Source: Candidatus Binatia bacterium (GTDB lineage: Bacteria; Desulfobacterota; Binatia; Bin18). From it: 62,215 nt of DNA. Positions within the stretch are counted from its first letter, which is position 1. Each line of letters begins with the position of its first letter. A program made the position numbers and the translations under genes. Shown here in pieces: positions 19,976 through 28,742 of the stretch. The stretch covers positions 1-62,215 of the forward strand of contig JAJDZM010000274.1 in assembly GCA_022824615.1 (NCBI GenBank). Reading direction: 5' to 3'. The notes under the pieces are model-generated. The model searched no databases and was not told where the DNA came from. It saw only the letters and a list, made by a program, of their open reading frames with translations.

Positions 19976-20851
19976 ATGGATATTGGTATCCTTGTGCCGG
20001 CAACGGTAGAGACGCAGGATATTACTGGAATCGCGCAACGGGTCGAAGGCTTGGGCTTCGAATCCCTCTGGATCCCCGAACATCCCGTGATTCCCGTCGG
20101 ATTCAAAACCGAGGTGCCTGGGGGTGGGACCCTACCCGAGCACTACAACCGCTGGGCCGACCCGTTTATTGCGCTGACGATGGCCGCCGCTGCCACCACC
20201 ACGCTCAAGCTGGCCACCGGCATTTGTTTATTCCCGGAGCGAGAACCGCTCATCACCGCAAAGGTGATCGCCACCCTCGATCTCTATTCCGGCGGCCGGA
20301 CTATTATTGGCGTCGGGGCCGGCTGGCTGCGCGAAGAAACCGAAGTCATGGGCACCAACTTCCGGCTGCGCTGGCGGCGCTTGCGCGAAACGACCGAAGC
20401 ATTACGCATTTGCTGGACCGAAAAAGAGCCCAGCTATCAAGGCGAAATGGTCCAGTTCCCGCCTGTGTTCTGCGATCCCAAGCCCGTCCAAAAGGCCGGT
20501 CCGCCCATATTCCTGGGCGGCCACGTGCCCAAGGCGCTGGAGCGGGTCGCCCGGTCCTATGATGGCTGGTGTCCGCTGGCGTTTGACCCTGAGGATTATA
20601 AAACCAAGGTCGAATCGATCCGTACCATGGCCAGAGAGTTTGGGCGTGACCCGGACGCGTTGCAGATGTCGGCCTTTATTGATCCCAAAGACGGGACGCT
20701 CTCGGCCGATGAGATGAAAGCCTATCGCGATGCCGGGGCAAGCCGGATCGTGCTCTTCTCCCAGCCTTTCGCCAAAGCGATCGCGACCGGCCAAGCCATG
20801 GCCTGCATAGACACTGTCGCACCCGTTGTGGAGGTGGCTCAGGGAGTATAG
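19976..20851 (+). CDS. LLM class (probably F420-dependent) oxidoreductase, Rv2161c-like
   Basis: VEGLGFESLWIPEHPVIP, DPFIALTMAAAATTTLKLATGI, GVGAGWLREE. Confidence 0.88.
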   Translation: MDIGILVPATVETQDITGIAQRVEGLGFESLWIPEHPVIPVGFKTEVPGGGTLPEHYNRWADPFIALTMAAAATTTLKLATGICLFPEREPLITAKVIATLDLYSGGRTIIGVGAGWLREETEVMGTNFRLRWRRLRETTEALRICWTEKEPSYQGEMVQFPPVFCDPKPVQKAGPPIFLGGHVPKALERVARSYDGWCPLAFDPEDYKTKVESIRTMAREFGRDPDALQMSAFIDPKDGTLSADEMKAYRDAGASRIVLFSQPFAKAIATGQAMACIDTVAPVVEVAQGV

Positions 20852-20869
20852 GTCTGGCCTCCTCTCCTT

Positions 20870-20905
20870 CCCCTCACCCTGTCCCTCTCCCCTTGGGGGA
20901 GAGGG
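20870..20905. repeat. REP-like hairpin CCCCTCACCCTGTCCCTCTCCCC..GGGGAGAGGG
   Basis: 10-bp stem CCCTCTCCCC/GGGGAGAGGG preceded by CCCCTCACCCT, a common intergenic repeat type. Confidence 0.6.
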
Positions 20906-20988
20906 AGTAGCTTTTCCCGAGAAGGTGACTTGAAGAGGCGCGCATAAAAAATATAGTGATCGTATCGACCGGAGTAAGGAGTTTCAGC

Positions 20989-22389
20989 ATGTTCGGGCCG
21001 TTTCGTTTTTCAATATCTCTTCCGCTGGTGAGTCTTTCTCTCACCGCTCTCCTGCTGGTGAGTTCTGCTGTGTGGGCCGGCCCGAATATTAAAATCCTGG
21101 ATAATCCCATCCGGATGCGGTTTTCCAGTTTTTCGACCTCGCTGGCCATGCTGGACGATGTGACGGGCGACGGCATCCCGGACTATCTCGTTGGTGCGTA
21201 TGACCAACCCTATGCCAGGAAGGGCATGACCGGGAAAGAGGTTGGCTTCGGCGGCGCAGAAAAGGTCGGAGAAAACGTGGACCATCAAGGCCGGGCCTTT
21301 GTCTTTGACGGGCAGACGGCCAAGCTGCTCTACACCCTCGATCATCCGTTTCCGCAAAAGGCCGCGGCGTTTGCCTGCTCGGTGGCCGCGGCTGGTGATG
21401 TGGACCAGGACGGGATACCGGATTTGTTGATTGGCGCCTTTGGCCAGAATAAAGGCGGCCAAGCCTACGTTTTCAGCGGCACGAACGGGGCGTATTTGCT
21501 CACGCTCAAACCGCCTCAGTCCCAGCCAGGCGCGGGATTCGGCTGGTCGGTCACCGGCATTGGGGATGTCACCGGCGATACTATCCCCGAGTTGGTCGTG
21601 GGTGCCTATAACCAGGACGGAGAGGGCAGGGCGTTTGTCTACAGCGGTCAGGACGGATCACTCGTCTACACACTCGCGCCGCCCACCGACCGGGGTGGCT
21701 CTGCGTTTGGATGGTTTGTCAACGCAGCCGGGGATTTCAATCAGGATGGCGTCCAGGAGATTGCGGTGGGCGCTCCTTACACCACGGTCGGCAAGCTGAG
21801 TGTCCAAGGGCGAGCGTATATCTATAGCGGCGCAGATGGCCAGTTATTGCTCACGATCGACAACCCGGAGCCAAAAGAAGGATCGACCTTTGGCTGGCGG
21901 GTGGTCGGTGCCGGGGATCTGAATAAAGACGGGACGCCCGACCTGCTGGTCGGCGCGCCCTACCACGACGTTGGGGCTTATCAGGGTCAGGGCGTTGCCT
22001 ACGCTATCAGCGGGAAGGACGGTTCCGTGATCTACACCCTCAAGGACCCGTTTCCGCGCAAACACGCCGGCTTTGGCTGGGCGCTGGCTACCAGCATGGA
22101 CGTGAACGCGGACGAGGTGCCCGAGATTATAGTTGGAGCGCCATTTCAGGCGGTGGATGCGTTCGACATTCAGGGTGAGGTATTTGTCTATAACGGGCGC
22201 GACGGCCGGCACCTCATGACGCTCGATAATCCCTGGGGCCACCAGGGCTCAAAATTCGGCTACACCGTACTCTCGCCGGGCGACCTGAATCAGGATGGTA
22301 TTCCTGAGTTCGCCATGAGCACCCCTGGTCAGCACATCATGGGCGAGGTCAACGTCGGACGCGTGTATCTTTTTGAATCGCAGCGGTAA
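20989..22389 (+). CDS. Secreted FG-GAP/integrin-alpha-like beta-propeller repeat protein
   Basis: Signal peptide ending VWA; ~7 repeats FGxxV..GD(V/L)NxDGxPDLLVGAP; ATG 20989 after AAGGAG. Confidence 0.88.
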   Translation: MFGPFRFSISLPLVSLSLTALLLVSSAVWAGPNIKILDNPIRMRFSSFSTSLAMLDDVTGDGIPDYLVGAYDQPYARKGMTGKEVGFGGAEKVGENVDHQGRAFVFDGQTAKLLYTLDHPFPQKAAAFACSVAAAGDVDQDGIPDLLIGAFGQNKGGQAYVFSGTNGAYLLTLKPPQSQPGAGFGWSVTGIGDVTGDTIPELVVGAYNQDGEGRAFVYSGQDGSLVYTLAPPTDRGGSAFGWFVNAAGDFNQDGVQEIAVGAPYTTVGKLSVQGRAYIYSGADGQLLLTIDNPEPKEGSTFGWRVVGAGDLNKDGTPDLLVGAPYHDVGAYQGQGVAYAISGKDGSVIYTLKDPFPRKHAGFGWALATSMDVNADEVPEIIVGAPFQAVDAFDIQGEVFVYNGRDGRHLMTLDNPWGHQGSKFGYTVLSPGDLNQDGIPEFAMSTPGQHIMGEVNVGRVYLFESQR

Positions 22390-22409
22390 TCAGCGGCCAC
22401 CCTTCGAGG

Positions 22410-23861
22410 TTGCTCGTGGGCGAGTCTTCCTCCCGTATTCTGCTCACCGGTGCAACGGGCTATGTCGGTGGGCGCTTGCTCAAGGCCCTGGAACGGCAAG
22501 GCCATACCGTTCGCTGTCTGGCGCGTCAGCCCGCATTCCTGCAACCTCGTGTTGGTACGCAGACTGAAGTTGTCACCGGCGACGTTCTCAATCCGGCTTC
22601 CCTGGACGCTGCACTCCAGCAGGTGTATACGGCCTACTACCTTGTCCACTCCATGGGATCGGCCGGAGCGTTCGAGACACAGGACCGTCAGGCGGCCTAC
22701 AATTTCGGACGGGCCGCATGCCAGGCTGGAGTGCGACGCCTGATCTACCTTGGCGGTCTGGGCGACAGCGCCGGCCCGCTCTCGTCCCACCTGCGGAGCA
22801 GGCAGGAAGTCGGCCGCATCCTGCGCGCCTCAGGCGTCCAGACGATTGAACTGCGCGCGTCGATTGTCATCGGCTCCGGTAGCCTGTCTTTTGAAATGAT
22901 CCGGGCTCTGGTCGAACGCCTGCCCGTCATGCTCACGCCGCGCTGGGTGTCGGTCCAGGCCCAACCGATTGCCATTGCAGATTTACTGGCCTATCTGACA
23001 GCCGCGTTCGAGCTGCACTGTACGGGCAATCAAGTCTTTGAAATTGGAGGGGCCGACCAGGTCTCGTATCGGGAATTGATGCAGGAGTATGCCCGGCAGC
23101 GGGGGACCCGGCGCTGGATGCTCTCCGTTCCGGTCTTGACTCCACGTCTGTCGAGTCTGTGGTTGGGTCTTGTCACACCGCTCTATGCCCGTGTTGGCCG
23201 CAAACTGGTCGAGAGTTTGCGACATCCAACCATCGTGCAAGACGACTCAGCCTTGCAGCATTTTGCCATCCGTCCCGTCGGAGTGCGTGAGGCCATTGCC
23301 CAGGCCCTCCGGAACGAGGACCGGGAGCTTGCCGAGTCCCGCTGGTCTGATGCCCTCTCGATGGCCGGTCCGCTCCGGACGTGGGGCGGTGTTCGGTTTG
23401 GTCCCCGCCTGCTCGACTCTCGGATTGTTCGCGTTCCCGTCCCACCGGCAGTGGCTTTTCGCCCGATTCGTCGTATCGGTGGGGAAGTTGGTTGGTATTA
23501 CGGCAACTGGCTGTGGCAACTGCGCGGCTTTCTCGACCTGCTGCTCGGTGGAGTTGGCATGCGCCGTGGGCGGCCTCATCCCGACCAACTCAAGGTCGGC
23601 GATACGCTGGACTGCTGGCGGGTCGAGGCCGTTGAGCCCAACCGTCTTTTACGTTTGCAGGCCGAGATGAAGCTTCCCGGTCGGGCTTGGCTGGAGTTTG
23701 TCGTTGAAGGCGATGAGCATCAGGCCACCATTCGTCAAACCGCCAGCTTCGACCCGCTTGGCCTCTTGGGTCTTGTCTATTGGTATGGCATTTACCCACT
23801 TCACCAACTAGTGTTTGCCGGTATGCTCAGGGGCATTGCGGCTGCGGGAGAGCGCACCTAG
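22410..23861 (+). CDS. Atypical SDR / NAD(P)-binding protein with DUF2867 (YbjT-like)
   Basis: LLTGATGYVGG, YYLVHSM; C-terminal WRVE..RLLRLQAEMKLPGRAWLEF..G..YW. Confidence 0.88.
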   Translation: MLVGESSSRILLTGATGYVGGRLLKALERQGHTVRCLARQPAFLQPRVGTQTEVVTGDVLNPASLDAALQQVYTAYYLVHSMGSAGAFETQDRQAAYNFGRAACQAGVRRLIYLGGLGDSAGPLSSHLRSRQEVGRILRASGVQTIELRASIVIGSGSLSFEMIRALVERLPVMLTPRWVSVQAQPIAIADLLAYLTAAFELHCTGNQVFEIGGADQVSYRELMQEYARQRGTRRWMLSVPVLTPRLSSLWLGLVTPLYARVGRKLVESLRHPTIVQDDSALQHFAIRPVGVREAIAQALRNEDRELAESRWSDALSMAGPLRTWGGVRFGPRLLDSRIVRVPVPPAVAFRPIRRIGGEVGWYYGNWLWQLRGFLDLLLGGVGMRRGRPHPDQLKVGDTLDCWRVEAVEPNRLLRLQAEMKLPGRAWLEFVVEGDEHQATIRQTASFDPLGLLGLVYWYGIYPLHQLVFAGMLRGIAAAGERT

Positions 23862-23912
23862 CGCGGTTTACGATACATTGTCGCCGTGCCAGTCCACGCT
23901 CGGCGGGAAAGC
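23858..23912 (+). repeat. Single end of the MITE-like family, overlapping the TAG stop of the upstream gene
   Basis: CTAGCGCGGTTTACGATACATTGTCGCCGTGCCAGTCC matches 39723 CTAAAGCGGTTTACGATAAATTGTAGCCGTGCCAGTCC. Confidence 0.7.
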
Positions 23913-23983
23913 CCATGGCTGGCACCAAGCGGCCAGGGAAGGGCGGGGGGGCTCCCCGCATAGCATAAGCGAGGAGCGGGCTG

Positions 23984-24835
23984 ATGCAGCTTCCTGACGA
24001 AACTGTCGCCACGCAAGAGGTTAAGAGTTGGCAGGGCATCCACCTTTTACACTTTCATGGCTCCTCGTGTTCACAGAAAGTCCGAATTTTCTTGGCGGAA
24101 AAGAGGCTTGCGTGGGAATCCCATCCGGTCGATCTTCTCCGTCAGGAACATACCAAGCCGTGGTTTCTCGGTATCAATCCCAGAGGCGTTGTCCCGGTGC
24201 TGGTCCACGATGGTGTTGTTCATGTCGAGAGTAATGACATCATGGAATACCTTGATGAACTGCCCTCACCGGTGCCATCGTTTTTTCCTCAGAATGCATC
24301 CGGGCGCGCGCGAGTCCGGGAATCCTTGGCGCTTGAAGACTCGCTCCATATGGACCTGCGGACGATTACCATGGGGTTTTTGGTGCCGTACGCTCTGGCA
24401 AAAAAGTCTCCCGAGGTGCTGGAAGCCTATGAACAAAGCGGTGCGCCGGACACCAAGCGAGACAAAGAAGTCGCCTGGTGGCGCGCCTTTGCCAAGGACG
24501 GCGTGCCACCGGACCAGGCTCGGGCATCTCTCCGGGCCTTTGCCGCGGCCTTTGATACGCTTGAGCAGTGGTTACGGGCGAATACCTGGCTGATCGGACA
24601 ACGGATCTCCGTACTCGAAATCGCCTGGTTTATCTCTCTCCATCGGCTGGTGTGTGCCGGTTACCCCATCAAGCGTCACCCGCGACTCAAGACACACTAT
24701 GAAAGCCTCCTCAAGCGGCCGTCTTTTGCCCAAGAGATTACGACTCCGGGATTACCCGGCCTTATCTTGAGCTTCTACAGTGGATTCCAGCGTTTGCGGG
24801 GTCATACCCTGGCGAGGACGATGGTCGAGGCATGA
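23984..24835 (+). CDS. Glutathione S-transferase family protein
   Basis: HGSSCSQKVRIFLAEK, INPRGVVPVLVHDG..ESNDIMEYLD, WLIGQRISVLEI. Confidence 0.88.
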   Translation: MQLPDETVATQEVKSWQGIHLLHFHGSSCSQKVRIFLAEKRLAWESHPVDLLRQEHTKPWFLGINPRGVVPVLVHDGVVHVESNDIMEYLDELPSPVPSFFPQNASGRARVRESLALEDSLHMDLRTITMGFLVPYALAKKSPEVLEAYEQSGAPDTKRDKEVAWWRAFAKDGVPPDQARASLRAFAAAFDTLEQWLRANTWLIGQRISVLEIAWFISLHRLVCAGYPIKRHPRLKTHYESLLKRPSFAQEITTPGLPGLILSFYSGFQRLRGHTLARTMVEA

Positions 24836-24845
24836 GGATGAGGAA

Positions 24846-25160
24846 GCCGCTTCGTCAGCAGGCCATTTACACTGTCTTGATTGCATCGCAATCGCTGCGT
24901 AAACTGGGCTCCCGGACGAACGGAGGGCATGATTACGGCGAGCATCACGGTCCGCAATCTCGACGACAATGTGAAAACCCGGCTGCGCGTGCGGGCGGCG
25001 GACAATGGCCGCTCCATGGAAGAGGAGGCGCGGCTGATCCTGCGCGATGCCGTCGGGTGCAAGCCGAGTTCTCGGAACCTCGCGAGCATCATCCGCGCGC
25101 ACTTCGGGCCGGCCAACGGCGTGGACCTGGAGTTGCCGCTTCGTCATCAGGCCATTTGCA
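24846..25160. repeat. 26-bp imperfect direct repeats (24846-24871, 25135-25160) bracketing a truncated antitoxin gene
   Basis: GCCGCTTCGTCA(G/T)CAGGCCATTT(A/G)CA; second copy contains the stop of 25147-25527. Confidence 0.85.
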
Positions 25161-25165
25161 GATGA
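24929..25165 (+). pseudogene. FitA/Arc-like ribbon-helix-helix antitoxin, C-terminally truncated, PIN toxin absent
   Basis: ASITVRNLDDNVKTRLRVRAADNGRSMEEEARLIL...GVDLELP then runs into the direct repeat. Confidence 0.75.
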
Positions 25166-25527
25166 TCTTGCCCGCCGCAGGGATCAATTTCGACTGTGAT
25201 CTTGCGGACCCTGACCTGGGGAATCTTGCGGCGACCATTGCCGGGCTTCATGGTGACAAGCCCTGCCGCCTCCAACTTGGCTAACGTGCGGCTAAGATTG
25301 GGCTGGGCGCGCCCGGTCCATTCCCTCAGTTCGGTCATGGACTCGGGTTTGCGGTCACGGATAAGTGACAGCAGCCGGCGGTTCTCCGGGGTGAGCAAAC
25401 GCATCAGCGCCTTGACGGAATTGAAGCTGGGTCGTGCCGCGTCCGCAGGAACCGGTTTCTGCCCGCGTGCCACGGCCTTCATCTCGTCACGCAACTCGCG
25501 CAGGTTCTGAATCCTGTAGGTCGTCAT
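25147..25527 (-). CDS. Winged-HTH DNA-binding protein (HVO_A0114-like), putative antitoxin
   Basis: LLTPENRRLLSLIRDRKPESMTELREWTGRAQPNLSRTLAKLEAAGLV; overlaps upstream gene by 4 nt. Confidence 0.8.
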   Translation of the reverse strand: MTTYRIQNLRELRDEMKAVARGQKPVPADAARPSFNSVKALMRLLTPENRRLLSLIRDRKPESMTELREWTGRAQPNLSRTLAKLEAAGLVTMKPGNGRRKIPQVRVRKITVEIDPCGGQDHLQMA

Positions 25528-25928
25528 GAGTCTTTCTCCTCTCCGGCAATGACTGTCGTTCCCACACCATGCTCCTGTAACACTCGCTCGACTTCGGAAA
25601 AGAAATCGTCAAGGAAGGTTTCCACATTGACGAACTGATAGGGGCGGCCCGAGTCGCTCTCTGTACGATGCCAATGGTCATAGATGTGTGAGCGTTCTTT
25701 GTAGCGTGAACCCGTCGCTGCCACGCTGTGGGCGTTGTCAAAACCGATAAGCCGCTTGCCCGAGGGCGCGTGCAAAGTGAAGGAATAAGACAGGCCATGC
25801 GGGCGCTCTTCGCTCGACTTGGCGCGCTTGATCTCGAATTTGATCCAGTAGCCTTCTTCAAGGTAGTGGATGCGTCCGTCGAAAGACAGGAGGAATTCGA
25901 GCGGATATTCAGGGATTGATTTGTCCAT
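25524..25928 (-). CDS. DUF6516/TumE-like putative toxin
   Basis: RPHGLSYSFTLH..GKRLIGFDNAH...YDHWHR...PYQF..ETFLDDF. Confidence 0.75.
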   Translation of the reverse strand: MDKSIPEYPLEFLLSFDGRIHYLEEGYWIKFEIKRAKSSEERPHGLSYSFTLHAPSGKRLIGFDNAHSVAATGSRYKERSHIYDHWHRTESDSGRPYQFVNVETFLDDFFSEVERVLQEHGVGTTVIAGEEKDS

Positions 25929-26054
25929 ATCATATCCAGAGAAGATATTACTCCTGCAATTTCAATTGTCAACAATCTCATGTGTCCGCTATGATAGTTT
26001 CTCTATTTTTCTACCATCGATTCAAAAAAATCTACGGATTATTAGAGATCTTTT

Positions 26055-26080
26055 TGAATAAAATCGATATAGATTCGTTT
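26055..26080 (+). promoter_or_regulatory. Putative ECF-sigma promoter upstream of peptide gene 1
   Basis: TGAAT-N16-CGTT, same geometry as the motif at 26712-26736. Confidence 0.6.
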
Positions 26081-26200
26081 ACATTTATGTAAGTAAATAT
26101 CTCTCCGTATGCGGAGAGAGGAGGTGAGGCCATGTAATAGGCGACTTAAAGGCAAAGAACGTTACAGTATTGCTAATTACGATAAGGGAGGAAATCTGAG

Positions 26201-26581
26201 ATGAAAACGCTTACCGCAGCAGGCCCGTTGAAGAAAATGACAAAGGGCCTCCTCGTCCTCTTGGTAGTGAAGGCAACGTTGCTAACCGTCCTGTCAGTCC
26301 TCGCCGGATATGTCTTTGCATCCAACCCTCCTCCTCTGACAACGACAGATACATTGTCTGTCGCTCCTACTCCTATTCTGGAAGAACGCCAGACCACTCC
26401 ATCCCCCACCGACCCCAGCCCTCCTTCTGTTTTAGAAGGCTGGGCCGCAGAACAGTCCTGTGAAGAAATGGGTACTGATCTGGCCGGGATAGACTGCACG
26501 GCCTGTATCTTCGTATGTATGTTCGCCGAGCCCTTGAGCTGTTCAATCTGCATCACCGCGTGCCTTGCGAGCCCGATTTAA
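26201..26581 (+). CDS. Secreted Pro-rich/Cys-rich peptide precursor 1 (unknown family)
   Basis: SD GGAGG; hydrophobic signal ending VFA; Pro/Thr linker; C-terminus GWAA..C..TDL..DCTACIFVCMFAEPLSCSICITACLASPI; paralog at 27272. Confidence 0.8.
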   Translation: MKTLTAAGPLKKMTKGLLVLLVVKATLLTVLSVLAGYVFASNPPPLTTTDTLSVAPTPILEERQTTPSPTDPSPPSVLEGWAAEQSCEEMGTDLAGIDCTACIFVCMFAEPLSCSICITACLASPI

Positions 26582-26588
26582 TAACACC

Positions 26589-26610
26589 CAGGCAGGTGAA
26601 TGCCTGCCTG
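26589..26610. repeat. 22-bp hairpin after peptide gene 1
   Basis: CAGGCAGG-TGAATG-CCTGCCTG; inverted copy at 27644-27665. Confidence 0.8.
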
Positions 26611-26680
26611 TAAAATCAAATGGGGGAGAGCTGCCAGACACTACCCCATCTTCCTGAGTGAGACGGTCTTGCAGACGAAA

Positions 26681-26712
26681 TAGATTTTTCTGTAGATTTT
26701 TCTGTAGATTTT
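26681..26712 (+). repeat. 12-bp tandem repeat (TAGATTTTTCTG x2.7) abutting the -35 of the ECF gene
   Basis: TAGATTTTTCTG TAGATTTTTCTG TAGATTTT. Confidence 0.85.
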
Positions 26713-26736
26713 GAATAAAAATGCATTGATTTCGTT
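26712..26736 (+). promoter_or_regulatory. Putative ECF-sigma promoter of the sigma gene itself (likely leaderless mRNA)
   Basis: TGAAT-N16-CGTT ending 8 nt before ATG 26745; no SD. Confidence 0.6.
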
Positions 26737-26744
26737 GTACAGAT

Positions 26745-27257
26745 ATGGGAAAGGTCGAAATCACAGAGTCCGACGTGGAGTTTATGAAATCTATCGCTGG
26801 GCCTCTCGCCCGAGATGACGACCTGGCAAGGGAGGCAGTCCAGGAGGCCGCTGTAGCGATATCTCGCGGCCAATACGAAGAGCGGGGCCAACATCGTGCG
26901 TGGGTACGCAGAGTCGTTAAAAACAAAACGATTGACGGACAGCGCCAGCGTAGCCGACGATCAATGTTCGAGCGACATCAGTCAAGGGGAGATGACGATG
27001 ACGATTGGATTGAGAGTATTCCAGATACGCGGGGCCTTGATCCTTCAGATCTCATTGCCGAGCGCGAACTTGGACAGCAGATCCGGGCCGCTATTGACGA
27101 ACTGACACCGCCCCATAAAGCGGTCATATTACTACGGGCGGTCGAGGGGCTGTCCTATGAAGAGATCAGTCAGGTGTTGCAGTGTTCCAGGGGAACGGTG
27201 ATGAGCCGACTGCATTATGCAAGGAAAGCACTTCGAATATCTCTCAACACGGAATGA
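26745..27257 (+). CDS. ECF (group 4) RNA polymerase sigma-70 factor
   Basis: Region 2 LAREAVQEA..AWVRRVVKNKTID; region 4 IDELTPPHKAVILLRAVEGLSYEEISQVLQCSRGTVMSRLHYARKAL. Confidence 0.92.
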   Translation: MGKVEITESDVEFMKSIAGPLARDDDLAREAVQEAAVAISRGQYEERGQHRAWVRRVVKNKTIDGQRQRSRRSMFERHQSRGDDDDDWIESIPDTRGLDPSDLIAERELGQQIRAAIDELTPPHKAVILLRAVEGLSYEEISQVLQCSRGTVMSRLHYARKALRISLNTE

Positions 27258-27271
27258 ACGGGTAGGAGGCA

Positions 27272-27634
27272 ATGATCATGTCCGATGTAATATTCTTGAA
27301 GAAGGCGACACCAATCAGCATCCTTTCAATCGCGGCTGGATTAGCGTTCGCCCACGCAGATGTATATAAAGAGGCTCCGCCCTTATTGTCGTCTATTGCT
27401 TTTCCTCCCAATGGGAGGAGCCCTAGTCCACCATCTCCTACTAATCCGGCTCCGCCCATCCTACCCCTGTACGGCCAAGGCTGGGCCGCTCAGCTTTGCA
27501 ACAAAGAGCACACGGATCTCGGTGATGATGAGACCGTCGGCCTAGACTGTGCCGCATGTGCGTTAGTGTGCCTTATCGGGGGGCCGATTAGCTGCTCGAT
27601 TTTCCTGACGGCTTGCCTTGCGAGCCCTGTCTGA
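27272..27634 (+). CDS. Secreted Pro-rich/Cys-rich peptide precursor 2 (paralog of 26201)
   Basis: SD GGAGG; signal ending AHA; Pro-rich linker; GWAAQLC..TDL..DCAACALVCLIGGPISCSIFLTACLASPV. Confidence 0.8.
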   Translation: MIMSDVIFLKKATPISILSIAAGLAFAHADVYKEAPPLLSSIAFPPNGRSPSPPSPTNPAPPILPLYGQGWAAQLCNKEHTDLGDDETVGLDCAACALVCLIGGPISCSIFLTACLASPV

Positions 27635-27643
27635 TGTCGGTCA

Positions 27644-27665
27644 CAGGCAGGCATTCGCCTGCCTG
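27644..27665. repeat. 22-bp hairpin after peptide gene 2 (inverted relative to 26589)
   Basis: CAGGCAGG-CATTCG-CCTGCCTG. Confidence 0.8.
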
Positions 27666-27689
27666 ATTAAAGATAGAGGAGATAATGGA

Positions 27690-28742
27690 ATGAATGACAA
27701 AGTTGATCTCGAAGAAAAAGCGGCGAAGTGTCTGAGAAACAAAAGGCTAATCGGCGAGACCAGAGCTCGTATTGGTCAAGACGCCTTGAATCCGTCCCGT
27801 CTGGCCCACTGGCGAAGAGTCGGCTTCCCGACCCTTTTCCTTGAAGGATTCACGTTGAGTGAGTGCGCTAATATGGACACTCACACAGGAGCAAAGCGTA
27901 ATCGGGTCGCCGCCGAACGACTCTTTCAAGTCTTTGCCGTAGACGAGCCCCCACCAAATCCATCGGGCAATCTAGATTGTCTTGGTGTGCGTCTGTGGCA
28001 AGGAGTTCAAGCCAATCAATACGACCGCAAAGCCTACTTGAGAGTTAGAACATGGTTTGATGGTGACTTTCCCACCGACCTAAATGATAAGCGCTGGCCA
28101 CGAGACTTAATTACTAATCAGCGAATCGGTAGGAAGGAGGAGGATATTGAGAAAAATGGATGTATCCTAACCATCGATAAGGCCTCAAACGCACACTCCG
28201 CCATTCTGACATGGGAGATTCCTCCAGATCAGCAGACCGAATACGGTTTCTCTCTGGAAATGTCGAGGACAATCTCGCCTTACAGGAATCACCATCCATA
28301 TGATTTTCTTGGCGGGACGCCCGCGATACCGACCCGCTCCCTTGTGACGCTGGTCATCCTACCTAGCGAGATACTTGAGCAGGGAGGGAGTCTTTTAGAT
28401 AGGGAGCCGCAATTCTTTGGGGTCTCCATGGAAGGTGACTTTCTCAAAACAGTAGATCAGTTCCTCAGCAAGAAGTTATTACCACGAGAGGAGGATTATC
28501 TCATAGACCGGCAAGGGCCTGTCAGACTGTGGCACGATACGGATATCAGACTCCCCAAAAGGATTGAGGAGGAATTTATAGCTGCCGGGGTTATCACAGA
28601 GGACGAGGTAAGAGCACGTCTGAAACGGAAACACGTTATATACGTAGCGGAGGCCGCTGAGCCGGAGGTGCATCGGAATTACTGCCTATGTTTCCGGCTT
28701 CGCGACAAACCAAAACCAACTGGAGATATAGTAGATGCGTGA
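27690..28742 (+). CDS. Hypothetical cytoplasmic protein (~350 aa), no recognisable family
   Basis: ATG 27690 after GAGGAG; overlaps next gene; beta-rich-looking C-terminal half. Confidence 0.7.
   Translation: MNDKVDLEEKAAKCLRNKRLIGETRARIGQDALNPSRLAHWRRVGFPTLFLEGFTLSECANMDTHTGAKRNRVAAERLFQVFAVDEPPPNPSGNLDCLGVRLWQGVQANQYDRKAYLRVRTWFDGDFPTDLNDKRWPRDLITNQRIGRKEEDIEKNGCILTIDKASNAHSAILTWEIPPDQQTEYGFSLEMSRTISPYRNHHPYDFLGGTPAIPTRSLVTLVILPSEILEQGGSLLDREPQFFGVSMEGDFLKTVDQFLSKKLLPREEDYLIDRQGPVRLWHDTDIRLPKRIEEEFIAAGVITEDEVRARLKRKHVIYVAEAAEPEVHRNYCLCFRLRDKPKPTGDIVDA

Noticed and set aside
26745-27257. CorE-type metal-sensing ECF sigma
   Set aside because: No C-terminal Cys-rich domain on the sigma itself
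26201-27634. Peptides as sactipeptide precursors (resemblance to subtilosin CLVDGPI and thuricin GWVA..CLAS)
   Set aside because: They have Sec-type signal peptides, and no radical SAM (CxxxCxxC) maturase is in the island or window; resemblance may be chance
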